The position numbers were made by a program, and so were the translations under genes. From Octopus sinensis (Eukaryota), in NCBI RefSeq assembly GCF_006345805.1, contig NC_043002.1, forward strand, positions 64,108,001 to 64,172,000: 64,000 nt of DNA. The letters run 5' to 3'. Numbering within the stretch: position 1 is the stretch's first letter; every line of letters starts with the position of its first letter. This document shows positions 52,904-64,000 of the stretch, in pieces. The notes beneath the pieces are model-generated. The model ran no database searches. It had not been told where the DNA came from and saw only the letters and a program-made list of their open reading frames with translations.

Positions 52904-53256
52904 CTGTAACATAGGTATTAGTTTTAAATGTCTCCAAATTGCACATAATAAGATACACCGTATATAAATATGTGTGAGTGTGTGTCTGTGTGTGTACGTA
53001 AGTACATATGTGTGAGTGTGTGTGTGTGCGCGTGTGCAATTATGGAAAGGTTCGTAGATGCAAGCAAGAGATGTGAAAACATAAGTATATAGAGTTTGTA
53101 TTAGAGATAATCGGCAGAAGTTGCCGCGTGACAAATTCCAACACATCAATCATGCGACCCTTGAGTTACTATGTATCTTCTACTCGCATGAACGCCTGCC
53201 AGAGATGGTTACTGAACATAAACGTTCGGCATTTACCTGAAGATTATATATATATA

Positions 53257-53298
<42 letters not shown>

Positions 53299-53301
<3 letters not shown>

Positions 53302-54899
53302 TGACCAAAATAAGTTTAAGATCAATAATGAAAGTTGTATTCCTTCATTAATTATTTTTAACAAAACTGTATAAATTTATTTTACATTTTACAGTTTTTG
53401 TAGAGTTTCTTTCTCTTTCGAATGATATAGGCGTTATATCTTTCTACGATTTGAATAATTCTGCTGCACAATAAATTTAAATGATTAAAATTTGTAGGCA
53501 AAATAAGTTTAAGACCGTGGCAACATTATTTTCTTTAAATTGAAAATTTACGGTACAAATGACTAACGAATAAAATTTTATTATTAGTATCTAGTTCTAT
53601 AGCCATTATTTTCAATTACAGCCTTACAACGGCGAGTAATGGAGTTCGATAAATAGCACAAAATTCACTTGGGATGTTCTATCGTATTTCTTCAACGAAA
53701 TTATATGATTGGGACAAATTTGTTTTGTTTTCTTTTTAGCATGAACTCCTCTAAACCTAATTCCATAAATTTTATATCGGATTAAATTCCGGACTCTGCG
53801 GAGACTAGTCAATAACAACCTTATTATTGTGCTCAAAATAGAGTAAAACTTTCCTAGACTTATGAACGTGGCGATTGTCCTGCTGGAAAATAGATCCCGA
53901 TGGCATCTGATTATATGGGAAAACATTTTCATTTACCAATTGCAGAAAGACTACACTGCTTAGTCTGCCATCAAACCTAACAAATAAGCCGACACCTGAG
54001 CTGCTGAATGCGGCCGACAACATTACCCCTCCCCTTATCTTCTCCTTGCGCCGTTTTCCTGACACACTTAGGATAGAATTCTTCAGTTGGACGGCGTCTA
54101 GCATAAGTCTCTGTATTTGATCCAAAAAGGAAGAAGCGGGATACCTCGCTCCAAAGAACTGTTGACCAGTCATCGGCCGTCCATTCAACATGGCTTTTAG
54201 CAAACTTGGTCTCGTCCACCAGTTCATCTCAGAAATTATCGGCTTCTTTCGAGCTGTCCGGCCGAACAGTCCAAATTCGTTTAGGCCGTTTCTGAGAGTT
54301 TGTGGTGTAAAGCTGTCAGTTACATCATATAATTGCTTTCAAATATCCACCGCTGTTAGGATTCGGTTACCTTCAGAGAGTCAGTAAATTCACCGATCCA
54401 TCTCTACTGTTGCTTTTCTCGGAGCTCCTGTTCTTTGCGATATTTGTATTGCCAAGTGGCTTGGTAAAGCTTCCATGCTTAAACACAATTCGTTTTCTTT
54501 TATCCTGACATATTGCTGATGAAGCAACACTATCATTCATCTAGTACCTGGGTTGATATTACGAGGCTTCCCCGCAGCGAATTAATGTGTAACAATGCTC
54601 GATTATTAAACAAAACAGTGCAGTACAACGAGCCATATGATAACCAATTTACTTAATGAATTTTCATAATCTTGGTACGGTCTTAAACTTACTTTACCAG
54701 CAATTTCTAATTTTTGCTTTAATTGCGCATTAAAATTATTCAAATTGTAGAAAGAGATATTACATTTGTGACATTCGAAAGAGACAAATATTCTACATAA
54801 GCTGAAAAAAGTAAAATAATTTTATACAGTTTTCTTCAAAATATATTAATGAACAAATAGAACTGCCAACATTGGTCTTAAACTTATTTTGACCAGCGT
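53299..54899 (-). mobile_element. Tc1 (DD34E) transposon with IR/DR ends, pseudogenised
   Basis: ~220-bp inverted arms, each carrying two copies of AAAATAAGTTTAAGACC. WTADDWSTVLWSE, FQQDN, and 34 residues to NPI* (GAA>TAA). Confidence 0.92.
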
Positions 54900-55096
54900 G
54901 TATATATATTTGAGAGTTGTGGGTTCTTTGGTTTGTTCCCAAACAACACTAATTTTAGAGATGTTGACACCGCTGGATTGAATGGTGCTGCCCAAGTGCC
55001 AAAACCATAATGATATCCGTGGGCAGCTGATGATGGAAGCATATTGGATTTTCGGTATGGCTGTGGAATAATATTATGATATACACATATATTCAT

Positions 55097-55151
<55 letters not shown>

Positions 55152-55254
55152 TATATATATAATATAAATTAGAGATAAAACCACTATTATGCAACTCAAA
55201 CAGTGATAGACATAAACCAATACATAAATAACCAATAAATATATATATAACGAT

Positions 55255-55545
55255 AAACGTCGCCCTTTTCAAGCCTAGCCAGGGCCGTTTTCCCGGTTTC
55301 TATGGCGTATGTGTTCCCCCCAACTGGACGGGACGCCAGTCCATCGCAGCATTACTCAAGAACTAGGAGGAGAGGGTGAGAGAAAGTTGTGGGGAAAGAG
55401 TACAACATAGGACGCCCCAAGCCCCCCCCCTGCTGGAGCTTGTGGAGCTTTTAGGTGTTTTCGCTAAATAAATACACACAACGCTCAGTCTGGGAATCGA
55501 AACTGCAATCCTCCGACCGCTGCCCTAACCACTGGGCCATTGCGC
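55255..55545 (-). mobile_element. SINE family B
   Basis: Colinear with 45950-46226. Confidence 0.88.
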
Positions 55546-55648
55546 TTTCACACACACACATATATTTATATATATATATGTATGTATACATATACGTATG
55601 TATGTATGTATGTATGTATGTATGTATGTATGTATGTATGTATATATA

Positions 55649-55701
<53 letters not shown>

Positions 55702-55787
55702 ATACACAATTGCAGAGTGGAAGATGTTTATAAGCCGTTTAAGAAACACAGAAAAACCGTTAGATACACTTCAATATTTAAATCTAA

Positions 55788-55838
55788 TTTGTCAAAATAT
55801 TTTCGTCGCATTGAGATGCGACCTGTTCACTGATAAAA
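55788..55838 (-). ncRNA. Hammerhead motif (G3-C8 variant) in a PLE-like terminal fragment
   Basis: Reverse complement TTTTATCA-GTGAACA(G)-GTCGCA TCTCAA TGCGAC-GAAA-ATAT-TT-TGACAAA. Perfect 6-bp stem II, palindromic stem III (AATATT), stem I with one mismatch, weak UUU triplet. Confidence 0.55.
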
Positions 55839-56319
55839 CTTCGTGCTGCATCTGAGAAAGTAACAGTTAGTTCATGATATATATGTACCTATGTATGCGT
55901 GTATGTATATAAGTATGTATGTATGTATGTATGTATGTATGTATATATGTATGTATGTGTATGCATGTATATATGTATGTATGTATGTATGTATGTGCGT
56001 ATGTATGTATGCGTGTACATGTATGTGAGCATATATATCTATATTTCTCTCTCTCAATATATATATGAAAGAAACAGGCGTTGAGAATGGTGGATGGTTG
56101 TATATAAAAAATATATAATGTGTGATAATTACATATCACATATTAATTCTTCAAATCCCATATTCAATTACATATTTAAGCGCTTTCACCTACTACTGTT
56201 GTTCCATCAGAAACGTAATTTGCAGATTTTTGCCTGTTTTTATATTTTTAGTGAATGAAGTGGGGAGAGAGATTTAGAGGGGTGGAGAAGGTGAAAGAGT
56301 AAGAATATGGGTGTGTGTA

Positions 56320-56370
<51 letters not shown>

Positions 56371-56371
56371 A

Positions 56372-56418
<47 letters not shown>

Positions 56419-57256
56419 ACTGCTACTTTTAACATCCTGAACTGAAGCCAGCTGTTGAGAAAATGTTCATATGGAAGGGTAGGAGAAATTACCGAAGTAT
56501 TTCTGAATAACTTGCAACCAAATAACCTTAAGAGAGTGCTAAAATGTCATGATAAATAAACATCAGAGCATCGAGTACAAAAAGAAACAGAAAATCAAGT
56601 CCTTTATAAGCTCCTTACTGATACAGATTATATAGATATGCATATGGCTGTTTGCGAAACTTTTTCCTTTGTGCAATATAATAGCTGAGAAAGACTAGTA
56701 TCCTTCTAAGCAAGGGAAGAAATATCTTAGCACAGCAATATGATAGGTTTTCAAATGTATATAAAGTAACACATTAGTTTGATAATGGAGCTTGGAATGA
56801 AAACTGCCGACTACGTGATTAAATATCCAGTTGTTTAGTTTTTGGCAGTTCTTATCATTTTTGGAAATGAAATTTCTATTTTATAGTGATTTCATATATT
56901 TTGGGCTTCTACATTTAAAATCCTCTTCACATAATTGTTCCAACTTCAAGTAATTTCGCTATGTAAGAAATCTTCAGTGTAACGAGTAATATGTGAAATA
57001 TGTATATTTAAGGACACCTCACGGTTTCGTGGGGTAGCGATGTTTGACTACCATCTCTAGCAGGCAGGTATCCAATACCGTTACAGAGTAAAGACCAGAA
57101 AACATGGACTACTGGTCTTACCAAGCTAGAGGGGAATGATTCGCTCCCTTACTAACAATATATCGAACACAGGAAAGTTTTCCTGGGGTTAAAAATGTAG
57201 CAACATTGTTCTGTAGAGCACTGCCATTTTATAGTGTGTGTGTGTGTGTGTGTGCA

Positions 57257-57290
<34 letters not shown>

Positions 57291-57332
57291 TATATATACA
57301 TATATATGTATATATATATACATATACATATA

Positions 57333-57849
57333 TCTATATATATAAAACTGTAGTTGTGTGAGTGTCTGTCCCCTTCGATTTAGATTCCTAACTCCTCCCA
57401 CATTTTGCGGTGCAGTTTAACCAAATTCGGGTATCTTATAGTCGTGATTAATATCGAGCCTGTCTGGCTATTAGCGCGCGTCTACGATGAGTCTACGATT
57501 TAAAAAATAATTTAACATCATTTTTTATTCCATTTTAATGCATAATTTTTCGTGTGTCGATGGCTGCGGTGTTGGCGTCCACGCTCAAACACCTGCACCT
57601 GTGTTTGCTTCTCCCCCTTCTTCTCTCCCTCGTGAAGCTGTGGGGAAGGGAGTGTAAGCAAATCAACGTCGTAATGCGTTGTCAAGGTGACCAGCGTTCT
57701 TTTAGAACAACGACTTCATGGCTTGAAGACACCAAAACAAAAATGGCTAAGAAAGCCCGAATTGGCATCTATAAGGGAAGTAACTCTCTAAAAATGCTTA
57801 TATAGTTATTTCCCTTACAAACCCGAGCAACGCCGGGCGATACTGCTAG
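57333..57849 (+). mobile_element. Non-autonomous Helitron (same family as 23300-24097)
   Basis: A|TCTATATATATAAAAC...CCCGAGCAACGCCGGGCGATACTGCTAG|T. Confidence 0.9.
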
Positions 57850-59294
57850 TATACATATATATGTGCATATATATATACATACATATACACATATATATAT
57901 GTGTGTGTGTGTGTGTGTATCGTTGCTATTACAATAAACTGTCGTATGTCTAAATTTTCGAATGAGGCTACCGTAGAGAGAAACGCACCGACCAACAAAC
58001 TTTACACCTACCCACATCCCTTTCTGCATATCAAAGCACAAGATAAACAAAATCTAATCTAACAACTCCGTGACATGCCCGACTAATAACCCCTCAACTT
58101 CAAAATACAGACAGGAAATACTAGGATATAACGACATGTCAATAACTGACCAGCTAAAGCATACCACTTACATACATTCTTTTGTGAACGCCAAAGCATT
58201 AAAATACCAAAAGGATAGCGTGACCGGTTAATATGTTTTTAAATACCGAGATAAATGTTGTACTTTCGTGTATTTTGTATTGTTAAAGAAAAAGGATCGA
58301 AACTGGTTAAGTCAAAAATAACTCAAACTGCTAACCATCCTATAACTAACTATCAAACAGGACAAACCTAAATATTACCACCAGCATGCAAAGTTCTACG
58401 TGCATAAATAATTCTAAATAATAAAATAACCCTAATTTAAATTTTTTTAAATATAATGCAAACCACAATAAAATCTCATTGTCTTTCCACTTGAACGCAC
58501 ATAGCCAAGGAATATTGTAGCTTTACAGAGGCTATGTAAAACCAAGATTAACATCAATGGATTGCAGACCGACGATGGCGAAATTGAAACTTCGAAGTCA
58601 CCGTCATTCTCGTAACAGAATGTAATAGCCTTACATGTACTCACACACACACACAATATATATATATCTAATCACAAACACACTCACACACACATATATA
58701 TACACACAGACACACACACATACGTATATACACACACGCGCGCGTATATACATATACTTAAATCCTGTTTTGTGGATATGTGAGCGAATTCTTGGCATCG
58801 TTCATCCAGAATCCATCCGCTCTGCGATGAAATATCGGCGAGGCAACGTTCATTTATTGGTCAATGAAATAAGCAGATTAATCGATTAAATACCTACCAT
58901 TGATTTTTTGCTCCATTCATACATCAGAGACGTGTACGTATATGTATATTTTATCCTTTACTGCTTTCACTCACTTAACTGCGGCCTTGCTGGAGCAATG
59001 TCTGGAAGAATTTACACCGAGCGAATCGACAGCAATGTTTATGTTTTAAGGCGGAGTACATATTCTATAGAGGTCATTTGCCGAATCGATAAGGTCGGGA
59101 TACTTAAATATACCAGCACCGGTGGTCAAGCGCTGGTAGAAGAGAAACGCAGGCATAAAGATTCTCTCTCTCTATCTCTTACTCTCTAGCACTTACACAC
59201 ACACACACACAAACGCGCGCGCGCGTACACACACACACACACACAAATGCGCGCGCGCGTACACACACACACACACACACACACACAGAATATA

Positions 59295-59479
59295 TTCTTT
59301 CATTCTTTTACTTGTTTTGGACATTTGACTACAGCCACGCTGGAGCACGCCTTTTAGTCGAACAAATCGACCCCGGGACTTATTCTTTGTAAGCCTAGTA
59401 CGTATAGACCAATATCAGTCCGCAAGCGAAAGTGTGGGGGCAGACAAACACAGACACATAAATGGAGACATATTTACAT

Positions 59480-59514
<35 letters not shown>

Positions 59515-59670
59515 CATGTATATGTAGGACGGGTTTCTTTTAGTGTCCGTCTATCAAACCCATTCACAAGTCTTTGGTCTGCCCGAGGTATTAGAAGAAG
59601 AAACTTCCCAAGTTACCACGCTGTGGGATTGAACCCAGAACCATGTGGCTGGGAAAGCAAGCTTCTTACG
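59295..59670 (-). mobile_element. SINE family A, internally deleted
   Basis: Reverse complement of the family A head and tail with an internal microsatellite. Confidence 0.8.
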
Positions 59671-60399
59671 ACAGATAGGTATATATTCACATTAAGGTAT
59701 ACATATCTATACCTAAGTTTGTGCTGTGTACATATATGTGTAGTCGTGTGTGCGGGTGTGCGTATATGTGTGTTTCTGTGTGTGTGTGTATCTGTGTGTG
59801 TGCGCGCGTGTGTGTGTATATGTGTGTATGCGTGTGTGTATGTGTATTGTAAACACGGCTGATTCGAAATCCGTTCAAGCTTTGTGCTTATATTAAGCCA
59901 GAAGCCACAGCAATATTGTCTTTCTATATATATTCTCAAATTACGTTTCAAAGCACTGTTTTATGTTACCATGCAAACGACGTTCCAGATGTGTTAATAT
60001 AACAAGGGGAAACTCTTTTGCAGCTGGCAGATAATATAAACTAAACCGCCGCCACCACTACTACTATCATCTTCGATATCGTCATCCTCTACACCCCCTC
60101 CTCCTCCTCCTGCTCATCATCATCATCATCATCAGCGATTTTATCTCTTCTGCTCCACCCACTTCATCAACATCATTATAAAGGTCATTCCCATTATCAT
60201 TTACAGACGCAGAAAGACCAAAACATACGATACTAACCAATACCCTCTGACTCAAGCTAGTCAACAAATAGATAAATAAAAAGTAGCTTGTATCAAACCA
60301 TTTATAAAGAATTATGAGACCATGTAAGCATTGCTTTCAAATGTTTTGACACAATACCAGTAAGAACTAGGAAGGATTAAGAAGATTACACTGACCTCC

Positions 60400-61490
60400 A
60401 GAGTTCAATTGGGACGCATTTTATCGACTCCGAAATGAACTCGTCCTCGCTGGAGTTTGAACTAGGGATGTACACATAGACGAAATGCCGCTAATTATTT
60501 TGCGCTCTGTGCTAACGATTCTGCCAGTTCGCTACACCTATGCGGCGATAATAATGCAACGGATTTGGCAATTTTGCGCTGACTTGGATACTCGAAGCAC
60601 GTTTTAAACCCATTGATACCTATGTGGGTAATACTTTCCAATCGTTTTTCATTACGTAGCTTTTACTCATCTCACTATATATATTTACATAGTACAGATT
60701 AACCCCCAAACAACTATCTGTATAATAATCATTTCTATTATAGGCACAAGAGGGAGGAGGGAGCCAGTCCATTAGATTGACCACAGGATGCAACTGGTAC
60801 ATTATTTATTGATCCAGAAAGGATGAAAGGCAAAGTCACTCTCGACAGAATCTGAACTGAGAACGTAAAGACAGACGAAATACCTATTTCTTTACTATCC
60901 ACAAGGGGCTAAACACAGAATGGACAAACAAGGACAGACAAAAGGATTAACTACTACTTATTTAATCGACCCCAAAAGGATGAAAGCCAAATTCGACCTC
61001 GGCGGAATTTGAACTCAGAACGTAGCGGCAGACGAAGTACCTATTTCGTTAGTACCCACAAGGGGCTAAACTCAAAGGAGACAAACAAAGACAGACAAAC
61101 GGATTAAGTCGATTACATCGACCACAGTGCGTAACTGGTACTTAATTTATCGACCCCGAAAGGATGAAAAGCAAAGTCGACCTAGACGGAATTTGAACTC
61201 AGAAAGTAACGGCAGACGAAATACGGCTACGCATTTCGTCAAGCATGCTAACGTTTCTTATTTCTTTATTGCCTACAAGGGGCTAAACATAGAAGGTACA
61301 AACAAGTACTGACAAAAGGATTAAGTCGATTATATCGACTCCAATGCGTAACTGGTACTTAATTTATCGAACCCAAAATGATGAAAGCTAAAGCCGACCT
61401 GGCGAAATTTGAACTCATGACATAACGACAGACGAAACACCGCTAAGCATTTTGCCCGGCGTGCTAACGTTTCCACCAGCTTGTTTCGTT
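60400..61490 (-). mobile_element. SINE family C: one copy at 60400-60530 plus a four-unit head-to-tail array at ~60745-61490
   Basis: Repeated AAAGGATGAAAG.CAAA.TCGACCT.GGCGGAATTTGAACTCAGAA at ~60820, 60975, 61160 and 61375. Confidence 0.9.
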
Positions 61491-62904
61491 ATGCGACGTC
61501 AATAATATGCAGATATGGCAATTTTGCACTAACTTGAATAATCGATGTAGGTTTTAAAGCTATTGATAACTATATATATATATATATATATATAATACCT
61601 TCCAATCGGTTTTTCATTCTGTAGCTTTTACGGCAATCACTACATAGATTTTTATAATAACACACCAAACAACTATCTTCATAATAATAATGATTCGTAA
61701 ATCATTCTTAAACAAGAGGATGTATTTGTGTAGAAGTTACGAATGAGTAAACGACTGCACTTTAATGGTTATGGACTTAAATAATCTCAACATTTAAACG
61801 TACTCCATGGACATGTTTCTGCGTATTTGTTGGATTCTCTTCTGCTTCAACAATACTAATGGGATTTCTATTAACAGTATATATGTGAATTTCTGAATTT
61901 TCTCGCTGTGAGATATGATTCTCAATCGCTGGTTTACTTGTAGATTCATATTGTGCTAGATCATATATAAGCCTTCCCCTTGTATCTTTCTCCGCCGTTG
62001 TGTTGACAATATTCTCCTCAGTTAGAATTAAGTATTTGTTCGCCCTGAAACATGATATCGCTGCGATGATATTAGAAACTAAAGAATAATCCTCTCAAAA
62101 CGATTCCAGAATTCATTAAGGACATTGCCATTGAAACAGATTTAGATGAACGTGCCAAAGAGACATTAATGAGAGCAAAACTACTACAGATTAATATATC
62201 GGCAGATGAAAGAAAAATGGATAAGAGGATTTCATTTAAGAGAGATTTAGAAGTACTTAAGAATCAATGATCGAAGCACTTGAATAGTCCCAAATGAAGG
62301 AGATTAAGGAGGAACACACAAGAAGCATTAACTTACTACATAATATCCAATGAAATATAATCCGAAAATAAAATTATAGGAATCGATAGCTCTTATATAC
62401 ATTGGAGTTATATTATAATCATTTAGATACGAAACTAATTTATTCACATAATTATTTATTAATAGCTTTTATAGCATAAAGAAAAAGTAAATACACTATT
62501 TTGCAATGAGTAGATGGGTGTGACACAAAAATGAATATAGCTGCTATGCTATGAATTTAAATACATATTATAAACTTATACATATATACATAGATCGGGT
62601 TATACACGAGGAAAAAGCAATTCAAAACACACATACACACACATACACACGCAGGCATACATAAACACACACATATATGTACACACACATATATATATAT
62701 ATATATATATCCATATATGTATATATAAATGTATATATGTATGAATATGTGTATGTATATATACATATATACGTGTGTCTATGTATGCATGGATGGATGG
62801 ATCGATCGATGAATGTGCATATACTCATGTATACAAGCAGAAATATACACACGGATACACACACATTTATATATGTGTGTGTGTATGTGTATGTGTATAT
62901 ATAC

Positions 62905-62959
<55 letters not shown>

Positions 62960-63480
62960 CACACATCCAGTGAAACACACACACACATTAGTCATATATG
63001 TCATGTTTTGTAACTTTGTTCCTTTCGTTTCTCACGGATAGAAAATAATTATAAAAACAACATGGACAGAGCGAGAAGCGAGGATACAAAATAACTTGAC
63101 ATAACAGTTCTGGCATTATCTTTTTTGAAAATAAATAGATAACGTTTTAAATCTGCATAAAGACTTAGAGTAGAAGTCACTTAAATGATACAAGCATTTA
63201 AATTACATAACTAAAACAGAGCTTAAATGTTAAATTGGTATGCTTCCACTATCTTTTAACCAATATACGTTATCAGTGTATTGCTACGTTATAGTCTTTC
63301 ATATTTAGACATCAATATAACTTAAATATTTATAACTCTTATAGTATTGATTAAACATACTGATTCGTATGCTGATTGCCAACGATATTTCAAAATTATA
63401 GACACTTGTTCCAAGTAAAAAAAAAAAAAAAATTAACCATATATCTATACATATATATATGTGTGTGTGTATGTATATAT

Positions 63481-63553
<73 letters not shown>

Positions 63554-63947
63554 TATGTATATATATATATATTATATCCATATATACATATACATATATA
63601 CATGTGTGTATGTGTGTGTATATATATTAGGAGAGAGAGAGAACGAAAGAGAGATGTAGTCACACATACACAAGTTGTCTGCGTTGTTAGTTCGTTGGGT
63701 GGCTGCTCTTTTATGCACAAGAGAATATATTCTCAATGCTGTTCTGAAAGCACTCTGTTTAAAACTTATGATATTGCATTAGCAGATGAAAATAGTCCAA
63801 CAGCGATGAAAAGAATATTAGGCTGATAAACTGATTTTATACAGCGGGGAGGTAATTACAATACCGATGGTTGTTCAATGATTGTGCTCCTATATCAGTA
63901 GTGATGGCTTTTGTCTTTATTTAGGGTTTATCGTGAATACGTACTAA

Positions 63948-64000
63948 TATATTGAGTTGTCCGGAAAGTTCGTGACGATTTATAGTAGCTTACCTTTCGA
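63948..64000 (+). mobile_element. Possible left TIR of a mariner element running off the window
   Basis: TATTGAGTTGTCCGGAAAGTTCGTGACGATTT resembles mariner-type termini. The partner end is not in the window. Confidence 0.5.

Noticed and set aside
60745-61490. CRISPR-like repeat-spacer array
   Set aside because: The units are ~160-230-bp SINE copies without unique spacers, the context is eukaryotic, and no cas genes are present.

Overview
AT-rich, microsatellite-saturated eukaryotic genomic DNA with no prokaryotic features. The repeat content (tRNA-derived SINE families, Penelope-like hairpin remnants, compound TA/CA/GATA tracts) suggests a cephalopod such as Octopus; this is inference. Almost all recognisable sequence is transposon-derived and degenerate. 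It includes a nearly complete CR1-group LINE with a CCCH-finger ORF1 (40538-44240) plus an older 3' copy, and a GC-richer CR1 fragment nested between inverted Penelope-like (PLE) arms (32436-35704). There is also an RT-deleted Tx1-like LINE sitting in a (TATC)n tract, mariner DD34D, two maT DD37D and an IR/DR Tc1 DD34E relic, several MITEs, Helitrons (tandem non-autonomous copies and a RepHel relic) and four SINE families. Only one convincing host exon candidate was found (52715-52903, minus strand). The main finding is a set of at least six hand-foldable hammerhead ribozyme motifs, mostly in PLE-type inverted or direct repeats. Their core position 3-8 pair covaries as C-G, U-A and G-C. Most ORF-track entries are microsatellite artefacts.
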